A DNA stretch of 64,000 bases. It comes from Prevotellaceae bacterium. GTDB lineage: Bacteria > Bacteroidota > Bacteroidia > Bacteroidales > Bacteroidaceae. The position numbers and the translations under genes are program-made. The DNA is taken from contig JBNMJN010000009.1 of assembly GCA_050873805.1 (NCBI GenBank), positions 1,871 through 65,870 of the forward strand. The letters are read 5' to 3'. This document shows, one piece after another, positions 28,084 through 37,824 of the stretch (its first letter is position 1; every line of letters begins with the position of its first letter). A model generated the notes under the pieces. The model saw only the letters and a list, made by a program, of their open reading frames with translations. It was not told the origin of the DNA and searched no databases.

Positions 28084-30444
28084 ATGGCAAGCGTATTCAA
28101 CTTTGAAGTGGCAAATGAGGACTTGTTGGTAAGGTTCTCATGTCCCAATCATGAGCTGAGAATAGCCGAAACCGTCCGCAACCTATGTATCGACACTGAC
28201 TGTCAAGACAGTGCCGCAAAGTTGTTATGCCGTTACACGGCAGAAACTCAGAATGTAAAGTTCTCCTTTGAAGGAAACGTACAGGAGGGGAATGACATAC
28301 GACATGAAGCCGTGTTCTTTGAGAATACGGAATATCCGCTTATTGTGCGTGGCAGAGGAAAGGAGTTGCAGGATTTGTCGCTTGCCATCAACGACCATTT
28401 GCGCACAGACGGCAAGGAAAAAAGCACCATCATCAGCACGGGTGATGAACTATACGGCTCGCTGAACTTTCACAACCAAGTGGGCATGACCGACTTCTGC
28501 ATCACCTACAGGGTAAAAGGAGAAGTGCAGACTAAGGAACTGAAGTTCATGACCGAGGTGTTGAGCTACAAGTTGGACTACCGCTCCGACCTGAAGACCA
28601 TCATCTCTGACATAGAGCACGAGTATGCCATGCTGAGCACATCGTTCTTGAAGGACACCTATCTCAGTATGCGCCAAGGTACTGGTGAGAACAATCCGCT
28701 GATATGGTGGCAGATATTCAAGTCGTGCTATGCCGACATCATGGCGGCAGCACGCCAAATTATCGACCGCCCCAAACGGCGTTTGCGCTCCATTGCCAAG
28801 TATGAGAGAGCAGAGCGTATGGCGTATATCCCAAGAGAACTTGAAAACGAATACCAGACGCACAAGGACAATCCTGCTCATTTATACCGCACAGAAGAAC
28901 TTACGCTGAGCCACGACACAATAGAGAACCGCTTTCTGAAATATGCCATCCGAGAAATGACGCATCGCTTCGCCGTGGTGAAAGAACACATCATGACCGC
29001 CATGCACCTTGATGACCCGAAGCGCATTGATACTTCGCTTGAAGAAATGGAGAACGAGCTGATGCAACTCTCCAATAATGCGTTTTTCCGTGGCGTAGGA
29101 CAGTTCAAAGGATTCACGCAAGACAACCTCGTGATGAAACAGGCGCAAGGCTACAAGACCATCATGGAGAAATGGGTGGAACTGCAACAAGGTTATGAGT
29201 TGGAGGACGGCATGAGGAAACTGGAGGTGAAAGACATCTGCGACCTGTATGAGATATGGTGCTTCATCAAGGTGAAGAACATTGTGCAGGATGTGATGAA
29301 AGAGTTGGGCAAGGATGCCCAACCAAAGGTGAACGGCAGGGACATTACCAACGACTTCATTCCGCAGCTCGTATATGGCGGTTCGGTGAGTTTCATCAAC
29401 CAGTCAGGCATTGAGTTGGCAAGTGTATGCTACAATGCTGAGGTGCATAAAGGCAAATCCTATTCAGCCATAAGCGGAACAAACACCATGACTACGGTGC
29501 AGCGTCCCGACATAGTGCTACGGTTGAGCAAACAGGCAGAAGGCAACATGAAGTTCACCTACCTGTTTGATGCCAAATACCGAATAGCCGATACAGACGA
29601 GAACGGCAACAGATACGATAGTCGTTATGACGTTCCGCCTGCTGATGCCATTGACCAGATGCACCGCTACCGTGATGCCATATACTATACGGAGGAAGGA
29701 CGTGACCGTGAGCACTTGAAGAAAGAAATCATAGCAGGTTATGTGCTATTTCCTGGTCGCATACCATTAGAAGCTCTTGATGCGGAAAATGGAGACTATT
29801 ACTATCAGCAGTCAAACCGCTTGATTGGCATCGGCGCTTTTCCCTTGCGCCCTGACCAAGAGCAGCATGCTGATGACGGAACCATCATCGTAAATGCCAA
29901 CAGTTCGGAGCAAGCCTTGCGCAGACAGATACGCCATTGGCTTGAAGAAGACAACGGACGAGAGCAATTACTCGAAGAAAGTATTCCTCAAAAAGGGTTG
30001 GAATACTCGGACGAACCTGTTAATAAAGGTACATTCTACATTGCGTCAGTAGATGGGCATGTGAACGTAGCCAAGGAATTGGTGCTGAATGGTCAAAGCA
30101 AGATTTTCTTCTCTGGCTATAAATCCATCCTTTCGGGTGTGGATTTTCAGAAGATAAAATACTTTGCCCCTGTTGACAACCACTTGGTAAAAGGATATTA
30201 TCAGGTGCTCTCGGTGGAAGCGATGGATATGAGTGAAGTGCTGGTGAAAGAGAAAGCGGAAGCCAAAGGTGTAGCCTTGAAATATGGAGGCTACGATAAG
30301 CCTATCCGCATTTGCCTGAAGTTGGGCAAATACACTCTGCTATCCGCTCCCTTTGTCTATGGACTGGACAGCAATGCATCCAAAGGGATTGCTATGACAA
30401 GGAAAGAGTTTAAGGAGTATTGCGAGAGAACCACATCAGTATGA
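28084..30444 (+). CDS. McrC-like nuclease subunit (DUF2357-type N-domain + PD-(D/E)xK core + extra C-terminal domain)
   Basis: RPDIVLRL...YLFDAKYRI...DQMHRYRDAIYY gives a D...DxK nuclease core. ATG 28084 (MASVFNFEV) follows the McrB-like stop. About 170 extra C-terminal residues have unknown function. Confidence 0.8.
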   Translation: MASVFNFEVANEDLLVRFSCPNHELRIAETVRNLCIDTDCQDSAAKLLCRYTAETQNVKFSFEGNVQEGNDIRHEAVFFENTEYPLIVRGRGKELQDLSLAINDHLRTDGKEKSTIISTGDELYGSLNFHNQVGMTDFCITYRVKGEVQTKELKFMTEVLSYKLDYRSDLKTIISDIEHEYAMLSTSFLKDTYLSMRQGTGENNPLIWWQIFKSCYADIMAAARQIIDRPKRRLRSIAKYERAERMAYIPRELENEYQTHKDNPAHLYRTEELTLSHDTIENRFLKYAIREMTHRFAVVKEHIMTAMHLDDPKRIDTSLEEMENELMQLSNNAFFRGVGQFKGFTQDNLVMKQAQGYKTIMEKWVELQQGYELEDGMRKLEVKDICDLYEIWCFIKVKNIVQDVMKELGKDAQPKVNGRDITNDFIPQLVYGGSVSFINQSGIELASVCYNAEVHKGKSYSAISGTNTMTTVQRPDIVLRLSKQAEGNMKFTYLFDAKYRIADTDENGNRYDSRYDVPPADAIDQMHRYRDAIYYTEEGRDREHLKKEIIAGYVLFPGRIPLEALDAENGDYYYQQSNRLIGIGAFPLRPDQEQHADDGTIIVNANSSEQALRRQIRHWLEEDNGREQLLEESIPQKGLEYSDEPVNKGTFYIASVDGHVNVAKELVLNGQSKIFFSGYKSILSGVDFQKIKYFAPVDNHLVKGYYQVLSVEAMDMSEVLVKEKAEAKGVALKYGGYDKPIRICLKLGKYTLLSAPFVYGLDSNASKGIAMTRKEFKEYCERTTSV

Positions 30445-30734
30445 TATTTACTGCTGGCTTTCCCTCTCCATCAAGTCATGCACGAGTCTTATCTCCGAAT
30501 AGTCGTACTCTGCTCCCAGGGCTTATCTCGCTCCACCATCTGCTTATCCTTTCCTCGATTCCCACGCTTGTTCAGTCTGCCATTGTTATGTCTTATTGTA
30601 TGTTAGGCCATCTCTTAACTCATTATGTGTGGAATCCTGCTGGAGGTATGGATGGCTGTATTCCTCTGACTGCCAATAGTATCCACACTCCCAATGCCGT
30701 GGATGCAGCATTGGGCGTGTGTGGGGGGAGTGCC

Positions 30735-31481
30735 TCACTCAAATGCCCTCTCTATCAGGAGCAGGGTCATGAAGCCCAGGAGCAGGGCATAGGTGGCCTG
30801 CTTCTGATAGCCGTGGGCATGGGTCTCGGGTATCATCTCGTCGCTGGTCACATAGAGCATGGCACCGCCAGCAAAGCCCAGCATGACAGGCAGCATAGCC
30901 TGTGACATGCTGCCCAAGGCGAAGCCCAGCCACACACCCACCACCTCGAGCAAGCCTATGATGATAGAGATGACGAAGGTGCGCGGCGTGCTCACTCCTG
31001 CCAGCAGCAGGGGAGCGATGATGACCATACCCTCGGGCACATTCTGCAGGGCAATGCCAGCGCTCACAGCCCATCCTGCCGAGTCGAGGCCAGTCATGCT
31101 CACACCCGCAGCCATTCCCTCGGGCAACTTGTGCAGGGCAATGGCCATGACAAAGAGCAGGACACGGTTGAGCGAGGCATTGTGGTGATGTTCTGCCTCG
31201 CCAAGTCCTGTGATATGATGCAGGTGAGGCGTGGCCAGGTCAAGGACGTTGAGGAACAGGGCTCCCGCCATTACGCCCAGCACCACCAGCCACCAGTGTG
31301 CGGTCATCTCAAAGGCTGGCACTATGAGCCCCAGGGTGGATGCAGCCAGCATGATGCCCGCGCAATAGCCCAGTACCGTATCGTTCCACTTGTGGGGCAG
31401 TTCCTTGATGAGAAAACCCAGAAGGCTGCCTATTACCGTTGAGCCGCACAGTCCTGCGGCGCTAATCCATACTTGTGTCAT
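30735..31481 (-). CDS. zupT: ZIP family metal (zinc) transporter
   Basis: 248 aa, polytopic membrane protein with a His-rich loop (HLHHITGLGEAEHHHN) and ZupT-like ends. Noticeably higher GC than both neighbours. Confidence 0.8.
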   Translation of the reverse strand: MTQVWISAAGLCGSTVIGSLLGFLIKELPHKWNDTVLGYCAGIMLAASTLGLIVPAFEMTAHWWLVVLGVMAGALFLNVLDLATPHLHHITGLGEAEHHHNASLNRVLLFVMAIALHKLPEGMAAGVSMTGLDSAGWAVSAGIALQNVPEGMVIIAPLLLAGVSTPRTFVISIIIGLLEVVGVWLGFALGSMSQAMLPVMLGFAGGAMLYVTSDEMIPETHAHGYQKQATYALLLGFMTLLLIERAFE

Positions 31482-32455
31482 AGCTTTTCCTGTTTCTGCT
31501 GTGATGTGTTCTTGCCCTCTTCTGCGATAGTGACCTCATAAGGCACATGTGTCATGGAGGAGATGACACGCAGTATCCTGCACTTGTCCTTGACCAGTGG
31601 AGGTACCGTGAGCCATTCCCCCGATGAAAGTTGCACCTGATAGGGGTATTCTCTCTTAGGGGTGACTATCTGCTTGCCTGCTATCTTGAAGTTCGCTTTT
31701 CTGATGTTGCCAATCCCTATCTTTTGAAGCGATGCAATAAATACATGCTGATGGTCTGTGCTGGCTATTTCCTGTCTGTCAGGGAAAACGACACACAGGC
31801 GCGATTTTCTCCGATGTGCGATTGGCTTTGTCGCATTTCTAATGGGAACAATTGTGTCATAATCGCCTATTTCCACATGAGCATCGACACGCAGACGAGT
31901 GACGATGGAGGTTAACTGCATAAACTTTTGCCTGGTATCGCTTTGAACCATCAGAAACCATCCATCCTTAATCTCTTTTGTCCACTTGGCATATTGGGGA
32001 ACAATCTTTTGGGAAAGCAATGGAATGTGGCAAACTTCCATCTGCAGGGAAGCCACCTGCTCAATGCCAAGTTTCTTTATGGCTTGTACCATTGTTTCGG
32101 TAGCACTACTACCGCAGAATACCGTACCATCTGCAAAAGACACTTTCAGACGTTGGTTTTTACCTCGCATTCTGATCTTGCTGCATGATGATTCATGTGA
32201 TGGTTCTGCTTTTTTGTCTTCTTTGTCAGAAACGGAAACAGAGTTCATCGTATGCGTTTCCTTTGGGTGTGATTTCTCAGTCCTCTTTTCATACGCCAAC
32301 GATTCTTGGTACTTTGCTGCTTTAGCGGCTCCCTCTTGCAACGCTTCTCCCTGAATAGGGAAAGGCGCGGTGCAGTCTCCATGTGAATCCTCATTAAAGA
32401 ATGTGTCATCAAACAGAAACTGCTCTTGGTATGTTAAGCTCCTTTTTGTTGTCAT
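31478..32455 (-). CDS. Hypothetical protein with a tandemly duplicated ~93-aa domain
   Basis: 325 aa. Residues ~102-196 (RLKVSFADGTVF...IKKLGIEQV...DGWFLMV...) align with ~219-310 (RLCVVFPDRQEI...LQKIGIGNI...GEWLTVP...). The N-terminal ~100 aa are low-complexity. Its stop TGA overlaps the zupT ATG (ATGA). Confidence 0.6.
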   Translation of the reverse strand: MTTKRSLTYQEQFLFDDTFFNEDSHGDCTAPFPIQGEALQEGAAKAAKYQESLAYEKRTEKSHPKETHTMNSVSVSDKEDKKAEPSHESSCSKIRMRGKNQRLKVSFADGTVFCGSSATETMVQAIKKLGIEQVASLQMEVCHIPLLSQKIVPQYAKWTKEIKDGWFLMVQSDTRQKFMQLTSIVTRLRVDAHVEIGDYDTIVPIRNATKPIAHRRKSRLCVVFPDRQEIASTDHQHVFIASLQKIGIGNIRKANFKIAGKQIVTPKREYPYQVQLSSGEWLTVPPLVKDKCRILRVISSMTHVPYEVTIAEEGKNTSQQKQEKL

Positions 32456-32512
32456 GTGGTCATCATGTTCTATTGACGTTTTCCAATAGTTTACCGTGTT
32501 ATAATGTTGAAG

Positions 32513-33457
32513 TCAAGTTGCTAAAATGTATCCTTCTTGCTCATATCCCTTGCGGTACCGATGAATCATATCCACAAGAGGTTGAAGGCGGGCATCCGTC
32601 ACTTCCATGTTCTTGAACCTCGCATACTGCTGGTCATAGAGGGAGGCATTACCATCTGCCAAACGCACCTCAATGTCAGAGGGTATCAAGAAAGAAGCCC
32701 TATCCCCCAACTGGACATAAAACTCGGAGAGATAGATGTGAATACCAGCCAAATCGAAGTCACCGAAATGGATGTAGCGATTGGGAATCCGCTTCAGCCA
32801 ATCTCGCAAATCCGAAAGATTTTCCTGAGGATAACGGCTTACAAACAAATAATGTTTCTCCCGATGAAATCCATCAGAAGAACTTTTCCCACCAACAGAC
32901 AAAGCATCGAAAAGATACTCCTGCTTCCTAATCTGCATGAAATTCTCTGCATTCTCCATTCCCACCACTATTACATCTTCGGGAATCTCGAAGGTTTCTG
33001 GAGTGTTGATGAAGATGGAGCTGCCCTCCTGAGGTTTCAACAGGAAAGGACGATGATGCAAGGTCGCCTCTATCGGAGTATAGCAATCCACCAAGAAGCC
33101 TCGGAAAGTCTTCACTTTCTTATATTTGGAATCACCAACTTTAGAAACCAATTCCGCTCGGCTTTCCTGAGGAAATTCTCCTATCCATTCCTCCAACGAG
33201 CATTTCAGTCCAAACTGCTGCGCCAAGCACACACGGCAAGCCTCTCGCCGGGCATCGGCTATATGATACTTGCATCGACTGCCATTGCTTCTCATCAGCA
33301 GCAGGCTTTCTTGCCGCAACCATTCTGCCATGTGAGGAGACAGCTTTGAAGAAGCCACCTCCTCGCCATTCAGCATAGCCAGTATTTGTCGGGCATCGCC
33401 CAAGCCTAATTTCTCCATGTTCCACACATTATTGCATATAAGGAAACATTTTTCCAC
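32513..33457 (-). CDS. jetD: Wadjet JetD (Toprim / DUF2220-type nuclease subunit)
   Basis: VVGMENAENF...LFVSRYP...IHFGDFDLAGIHIY is Toprim-like. Last gene after jetABC. The 33457 start is GTG; an alternative ATG is at 33418. Confidence 0.8.
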   Translation of the reverse strand: MEKCFLICNNVWNMEKLGLGDARQILAMLNGEEVASSKLSPHMAEWLRQESLLLMRSNGSRCKYHIADARREACRVCLAQQFGLKCSLEEWIGEFPQESRAELVSKVGDSKYKKVKTFRGFLVDCYTPIEATLHHRPFLLKPQEGSSIFINTPETFEIPEDVIVVGMENAENFMQIRKQEYLFDALSVGGKSSSDGFHREKHYLFVSRYPQENLSDLRDWLKRIPNRYIHFGDFDLAGIHIYLSEFYVQLGDRASFLIPSDIEVRLADGNASLYDQQYARFKNMEVTDARLQPLVDMIHRYRKGYEQEGYILAT

Positions 33458-33463
33458 AAAAGA

Positions 33464-36400
33464 TTACAATCTCTTGATCAACTGTGTTACCTTCGTATTC
33501 GCCCTGCCGTCCTTGCTCAGCAGATACGTATATTTATAATCCTCCACATTGTAGGTGGTTGGCGAACTGTTCACCAACAAGATATTGCGGCGATTGGCGA
33601 AGTCGAGGATACCCTTCACATTGTTAGGATGGAGCTTTCCAATCTCGTCCATCATGCAGTGTATCTTGAAGTCGCCCGATTTCTTCGAGGCTTTCTCCTT
33701 GAACACGTTGATGAGCATGATGTTCACCATCGCCTTTACCAAGATGTCGGTGCCATCGGAACCCACATTGGCTATCTTCTCGACCCAACCCGTATCATTG
33801 TCGTTCTCCTTGATGCGGAACTCCAACTTGAAGGTATCGGAAACCTGCAACTGCTTGCGGTTCGGCTCGTCCAACAATCCCTTCATAAAGGCAAGGAGAT
33901 ACTTTACCGCCTTGGCGTTTACATCCTGACGAGACTCCGTGGCAAAGAGATCCATCTCGCCCATATTAAACTGGTTCTCTTCCGTGAAGTCCTTGATGCG
34001 CAGGAGCAAGAGCATCAACTGGTCGTTGGTCTTCAGAGGACGCAAGGCTATCTCTCGGATGACTCCCGCAAAGTTGCGCTCCTCGAAGTCGTGGTTGATG
34101 TCGTTGATGGTCTTGCCGATGTCTCCCTCCCGACGAGTCAAGTCGCCCACCTCCTTGGAGATGCGGAGGATGATGTCGGTGTATCGTCCGCTGATGCGTT
34201 TCTGATATTCCGAAATCTTGTCGTTCTCGACAAACTCGCAGAGGTTGGAAGCGAAGTCGAAGAACTCCTCTTCCGTCACCGGACTCACATTGAAGTGGAA
34301 GGTATTGTGCGGCGAGAACATTCCCAGGAACTGCTGCGACTGTTTCTTGAAAGTGTCGAGCGAATTTCGGTCGGCGAAGATTTGGCTCTTCAGTTCTTCT
34401 ACGATGGACAGGCAATCCTTGGTCGTGGTCTTCTCCTCCACCTCGTTGCTGCCGATAGGACTGAAGGTGTCGTTGCTTCGGAAGGTCTTGACGGCATTCA
34501 GGCCATCCTCCGCTTTCCGAAGTTCAGCCTGTTGCTTGGCGAGTTTATCTTGCACCACGTGAAGTTGCAAGCCGAGTCGCTCGCTACGTTGCTTGAACTT
34601 GTCTTCGAGCATCGTCAAAGCATCCGCCTTATTCTTTCGCTCTTGCTTGACCATCGGTTCTTGGTCAAACAATTCGACTTTGTCATTCCGATAAACAGCC
34701 ACCTCGTCTCGATGCTGACGGATAAACCTGAGCTCTGCATCCAGGTCAGCGATGCGCTTGTTGTAAGCGTCCAAAGCCGTGGTGTCCATTCCCTTGCCTT
34801 GCAACTCGTCGTGTTGCAACTTCAAGAGTTCCTGCTTGTGAGTTTCCGCTTGCTTTCTCTTGGTCTCCATTTGCGCCTTCGCATCGGAAGCAAAATACTC
34901 GTATGCATCGGTCTCAGTTTTCACCTGACGATTATACTCCGTCTGCAATGCCTTGAGTTTGCGCTGCAGTTCGCCTTCCAACTGGTGCTTGGCTTCTTCT
35001 CGCTTCACCTTTTCTGCCACAAGCGCATTCTGTTTGTCATCCAATTCAGCCAGTTGCTGCTTACGCCAATTCTCTAGTTGGTTCTGTAGTTCGAGTGCCT
35101 TGGTCTTGACTTTCTTCTCCAATTGCGGCAGCTGCTGTAGCTCCGCCTTTAATGTATGGAGGGTCTCGTTGAGTTTTCTTATCTGCGCCTGATACTTGCC
35201 TCGCAGAGTCTTGTTTGCCTCCTCATGCTGATGGAGCAACTCGTTCATCTGCTTCACAAGATGAGTGCGAAGTTCCTCTTTTTCTGATAACAACGCCTTC
35301 AACTCCTCAGGCGTTCTGAACTTTCGTTCGATAGCAGCGAGATTGATAGATACACCGTAAAGAGAAGCAGATGAAGAAATGCAAGAAGACAACCCAAGAG
35401 AAGGTTCTTTTCCTTCCATTGAAGCACCAACTCCATCTGCCAATTGTGGATTCAATACATTATTATATAATATCGTCTCCTCATCCACCACTTTTCCGAT
35501 ATTCTCTTGCCAACCTTTCTTGTTTTGGTCGAGCCATTCCGAGAACGAGCCTTTGCTCTTGTCCAAAAGGCTTTGAATCTTTTCGATTTCATCAAGCAGC
35601 TCAGTTTTCTGCCTTTTCGGCTCATCGAGCGAAGCTTGGAATTTCAGTTCAGCGATTTCCAATTCCTTCTCCGCCTCTTGTCGCAGCGTTTCCAAGCGCA
35701 TCTCCTGCTCTTTCACCTCTGCCTCCAACTGAGTCTTTCGAGCCAAGAGTTCCAGGTGTTCCTGCTTGTTCGTCTCCATATCCTTGGCAAACGGATTCTC
35801 GTGAGCCACCTTCGCTTTCTGGACTTTCAGGCTGGTTTCATCATGAGCGAGTTGGGCAATGACCTCATCTATTGCAGCAATCTTCTCAGCGATGAGAGTT
35901 CGAGATTCCGACTCCGCCTTTCGGAGTTCTTGCATCAAAGCCTCTTTCTTGTTCATCAAAGCAGCCTTGTGCTCATTCACATGCATCGTCATATTGTTCT
36001 CGAAGGCACGCAGGTCCATCTCCAGGAGATCCAACTGTGCCTTGTACTTATCCACCACGTTCTGGTATGATTTCTGCAGTTCAGCCTTCATCGCCTCCTG
36101 TCGTTTTCTCTCTTCCTCGATGGTCGATTCCTGCTCCACCCTTCTCTGCAAATCCTCAATATGAATCTCCTCATAATGCTTTCGCTTGGCGGCAGTTTTC
36201 TTCAGCTGGGCATCCAGCACACCTATCTCCTTGGTCAGTTTGTCACGCTCCTTGCCATACTTCTCTTGCTCCTCACCTTTCAGTTTGAGAAGGCGATTGC
36301 GCTCCACATCGCTCTCCTGGATGTCAAGTCGATATTGTGGCAGAAGTTCCTGGGCAATGCGCTCGGCATAATTGAGTTCCTTGCGTCCCTCTCGTATCAA

Positions 36401-37180
36401 TCGACGATTATTCAATAGGGTGCGATATGTATCTATCACCTTGTCTGCCATCCTGCGAACCGTGACCTCGCCATTTTTGTTTTGCGTAGTCCAAAGACTC
36501 ACATCCTTGTATTCCTGCTCAAACTCCTTGATTTGCTCACGATAGAAATTGAGGTTGATAAACATGTCCTCGTCGCTCATCGAACGGATGATAGTGTTCT
36601 TGATGAAGTCGGCATCCAACTTGGTATTGAGGAACACGTTTTGGATGGTACGCGGAATATTCTGATACTTGGCACTTTCCACAATGGCAAACTTGCGATA
36701 AGGCAGAAGTTCCTGTCGGCGGTTGTTGCCAAAGATGATGTCACGATAAATCTCGTAACTGCTCACAAGCGAAGAAATTGGATGTTTCTTGCCCACCTGT
36801 TCACGAATCTGGCTCCACTCCCCATACACCTGCTTATGCTCGTCGATAAACCACTTGCTGTCAAAAGGCGCATCGATGAAACGATACATGACTCGTCCCT
36901 GCGACTTCAATGCCACCACACAATACGCCCCATTCTCTCGCATCACCTCATAGACGATGTAAGAATTGGAATAAGGGAAATAAAAAGCATCAAAAGATTT
37001 CTTCTCCTTTGGGATGCCCAAGCGCAACTTGTCGGCATTATAAAAGAACAAGATGGCACGGAGCAAGGTACTCTTGCCCACGCCCTGGGTTCCGATGAAA
37101 TGAGCGTTTCCATCAAGCTTTACCTCTGCATAAGGAATATGCGCACTATTCAGGAATATGATTTTATTCAAATATCTCAT
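33464..37180 (-). CDS. jetC: Wadjet JetC (SMC-family ATPase)
   Basis: ~1238 aa from ATG 37180 (MRYLNKIIFLNSAHIPYAEVKLDGNAHFIGTQGVGKSTLL, Walker A). Very long central coiled coils. C-terminal head has CMMDEIGKLHPNN...LLVNSSP. Confidence 0.85.
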   Translation of the reverse strand: MRYLNKIIFLNSAHIPYAEVKLDGNAHFIGTQGVGKSTLLRAILFFYNADKLRLGIPKEKKSFDAFYFPYSNSYIVYEVMRENGAYCVVALKSQGRVMYRFIDAPFDSKWFIDEHKQVYGEWSQIREQVGKKHPISSLVSSYEIYRDIIFGNNRRQELLPYRKFAIVESAKYQNIPRTIQNVFLNTKLDADFIKNTIIRSMSDEDMFINLNFYREQIKEFEQEYKDVSLWTTQNKNGEVTVRRMADKVIDTYRTLLNNRRLIREGRKELNYAERIAQELLPQYRLDIQESDVERNRLLKLKGEEQEKYGKERDKLTKEIGVLDAQLKKTAAKRKHYEEIHIEDLQRRVEQESTIEEERKRQEAMKAELQKSYQNVVDKYKAQLDLLEMDLRAFENNMTMHVNEHKAALMNKKEALMQELRKAESESRTLIAEKIAAIDEVIAQLAHDETSLKVQKAKVAHENPFAKDMETNKQEHLELLARKTQLEAEVKEQEMRLETLRQEAEKELEIAELKFQASLDEPKRQKTELLDEIEKIQSLLDKSKGSFSEWLDQNKKGWQENIGKVVDEETILYNNVLNPQLADGVGASMEGKEPSLGLSSCISSSASLYGVSINLAAIERKFRTPEELKALLSEKEELRTHLVKQMNELLHQHEEANKTLRGKYQAQIRKLNETLHTLKAELQQLPQLEKKVKTKALELQNQLENWRKQQLAELDDKQNALVAEKVKREEAKHQLEGELQRKLKALQTEYNRQVKTETDAYEYFASDAKAQMETKRKQAETHKQELLKLQHDELQGKGMDTTALDAYNKRIADLDAELRFIRQHRDEVAVYRNDKVELFDQEPMVKQERKNKADALTMLEDKFKQRSERLGLQLHVVQDKLAKQQAELRKAEDGLNAVKTFRSNDTFSPIGSNEVEEKTTTKDCLSIVEELKSQIFADRNSLDTFKKQSQQFLGMFSPHNTFHFNVSPVTEEEFFDFASNLCEFVENDKISEYQKRISGRYTDIILRISKEVGDLTRREGDIGKTINDINHDFEERNFAGVIREIALRPLKTNDQLMLLLLRIKDFTEENQFNMGEMDLFATESRQDVNAKAVKYLLAFMKGLLDEPNRKQLQVSDTFKLEFRIKENDNDTGWVEKIANVGSDGTDILVKAMVNIMLINVFKEKASKKSGDFKIHCMMDEIGKLHPNNVKGILDFANRRNILLVNSSPTTYNVEDYKYTYLLSKDGRANTKVTQLIKRL

Positions 37181-37242
37181 ATCAATATCGTTTGTCAAGC
37201 CATCGCCCCTCAATGGCACTTGAATTCTTCACTCTTCGTTCT

Positions 37243-37803
37243 TCACACTTCACTTTCATCTTCCGCTTCATCGGTGATGGAAATGCAATCTGTCAAGTCT
37301 TCGATGTAATGGAAGGAAGCGAGGACTTTCCAAGTCTTCTCCAATTCATTTTGCTGTTCGATGAATCCCATACGTTCCAATTCGGCGATGAGTTTATCCA
37401 CCACATCATCGTACGACTTCTTCTCGCTGAAGAGTTTTCCAGCCAATTCCTTCAACTCCATGTCGCAGTTGATTCTCACCACGATGTCGGCAGCCGAGAA
37501 CACCAATCCCGAACCAAAGGCAGAGTTGTAGGTCTTCAAGAAGGTAAGATAATCTATCCACTTGCCCACCGACTCCAACTTGCGTTGCAAATCGACCTTG
37601 GCTTCCTTGCGAGTGAAGAAGAAATATCCATCGCCCGCTTCCAAATGGAAACCAATGCCACTGTAATACTCGTCATATTCTGCCTGATTGTCCTCGATGG
37701 CATCATAATATCGCTTCATCTTAGCCTGGACGCTGTTGTTGGAAATGAAACCACCACGGCTCAGGATATTGAAGATTTCTTCTGTATAGTTTAAGCTATT
37801 CAT
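37243..37803 (-). CDS. jetB: Wadjet JetB (MukE/KITE-like, DUF4194-type)
   Basis: 186-aa acidic protein between jetA and jetC. Size and position fit; family assigned by context. Confidence 0.7.
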   Translation of the reverse strand: MNSLNYTEEIFNILSRGGFISNNSVQAKMKRYYDAIEDNQAEYDEYYSGIGFHLEAGDGYFFFTRKEAKVDLQRKLESVGKWIDYLTFLKTYNSAFGSGLVFSAADIVVRINCDMELKELAGKLFSEKKSYDDVVDKLIAELERMGFIEQQNELEKTWKVLASFHYIEDLTDCISITDEAEDESEV

Positions 37804-37824
37804 TTTTATTAGATACTATTTGAG

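Noticed and set aside
30690-30715. Hairpin cccaatgc/gcattggg as a terminator between the convergent McrC-like and ZIP genes.
   Set aside because: The 8-bp stem has no adjacent T- or A-tract on either strand, which is too weak to call.
30420-30905. 161-aa plus-strand ORF spanning the McrC-ZIP spacer.
   Set aside because: Its second half is antisense to the ZIP transporter and its first half has no motif or start context. It is treated as non-coding spacer.
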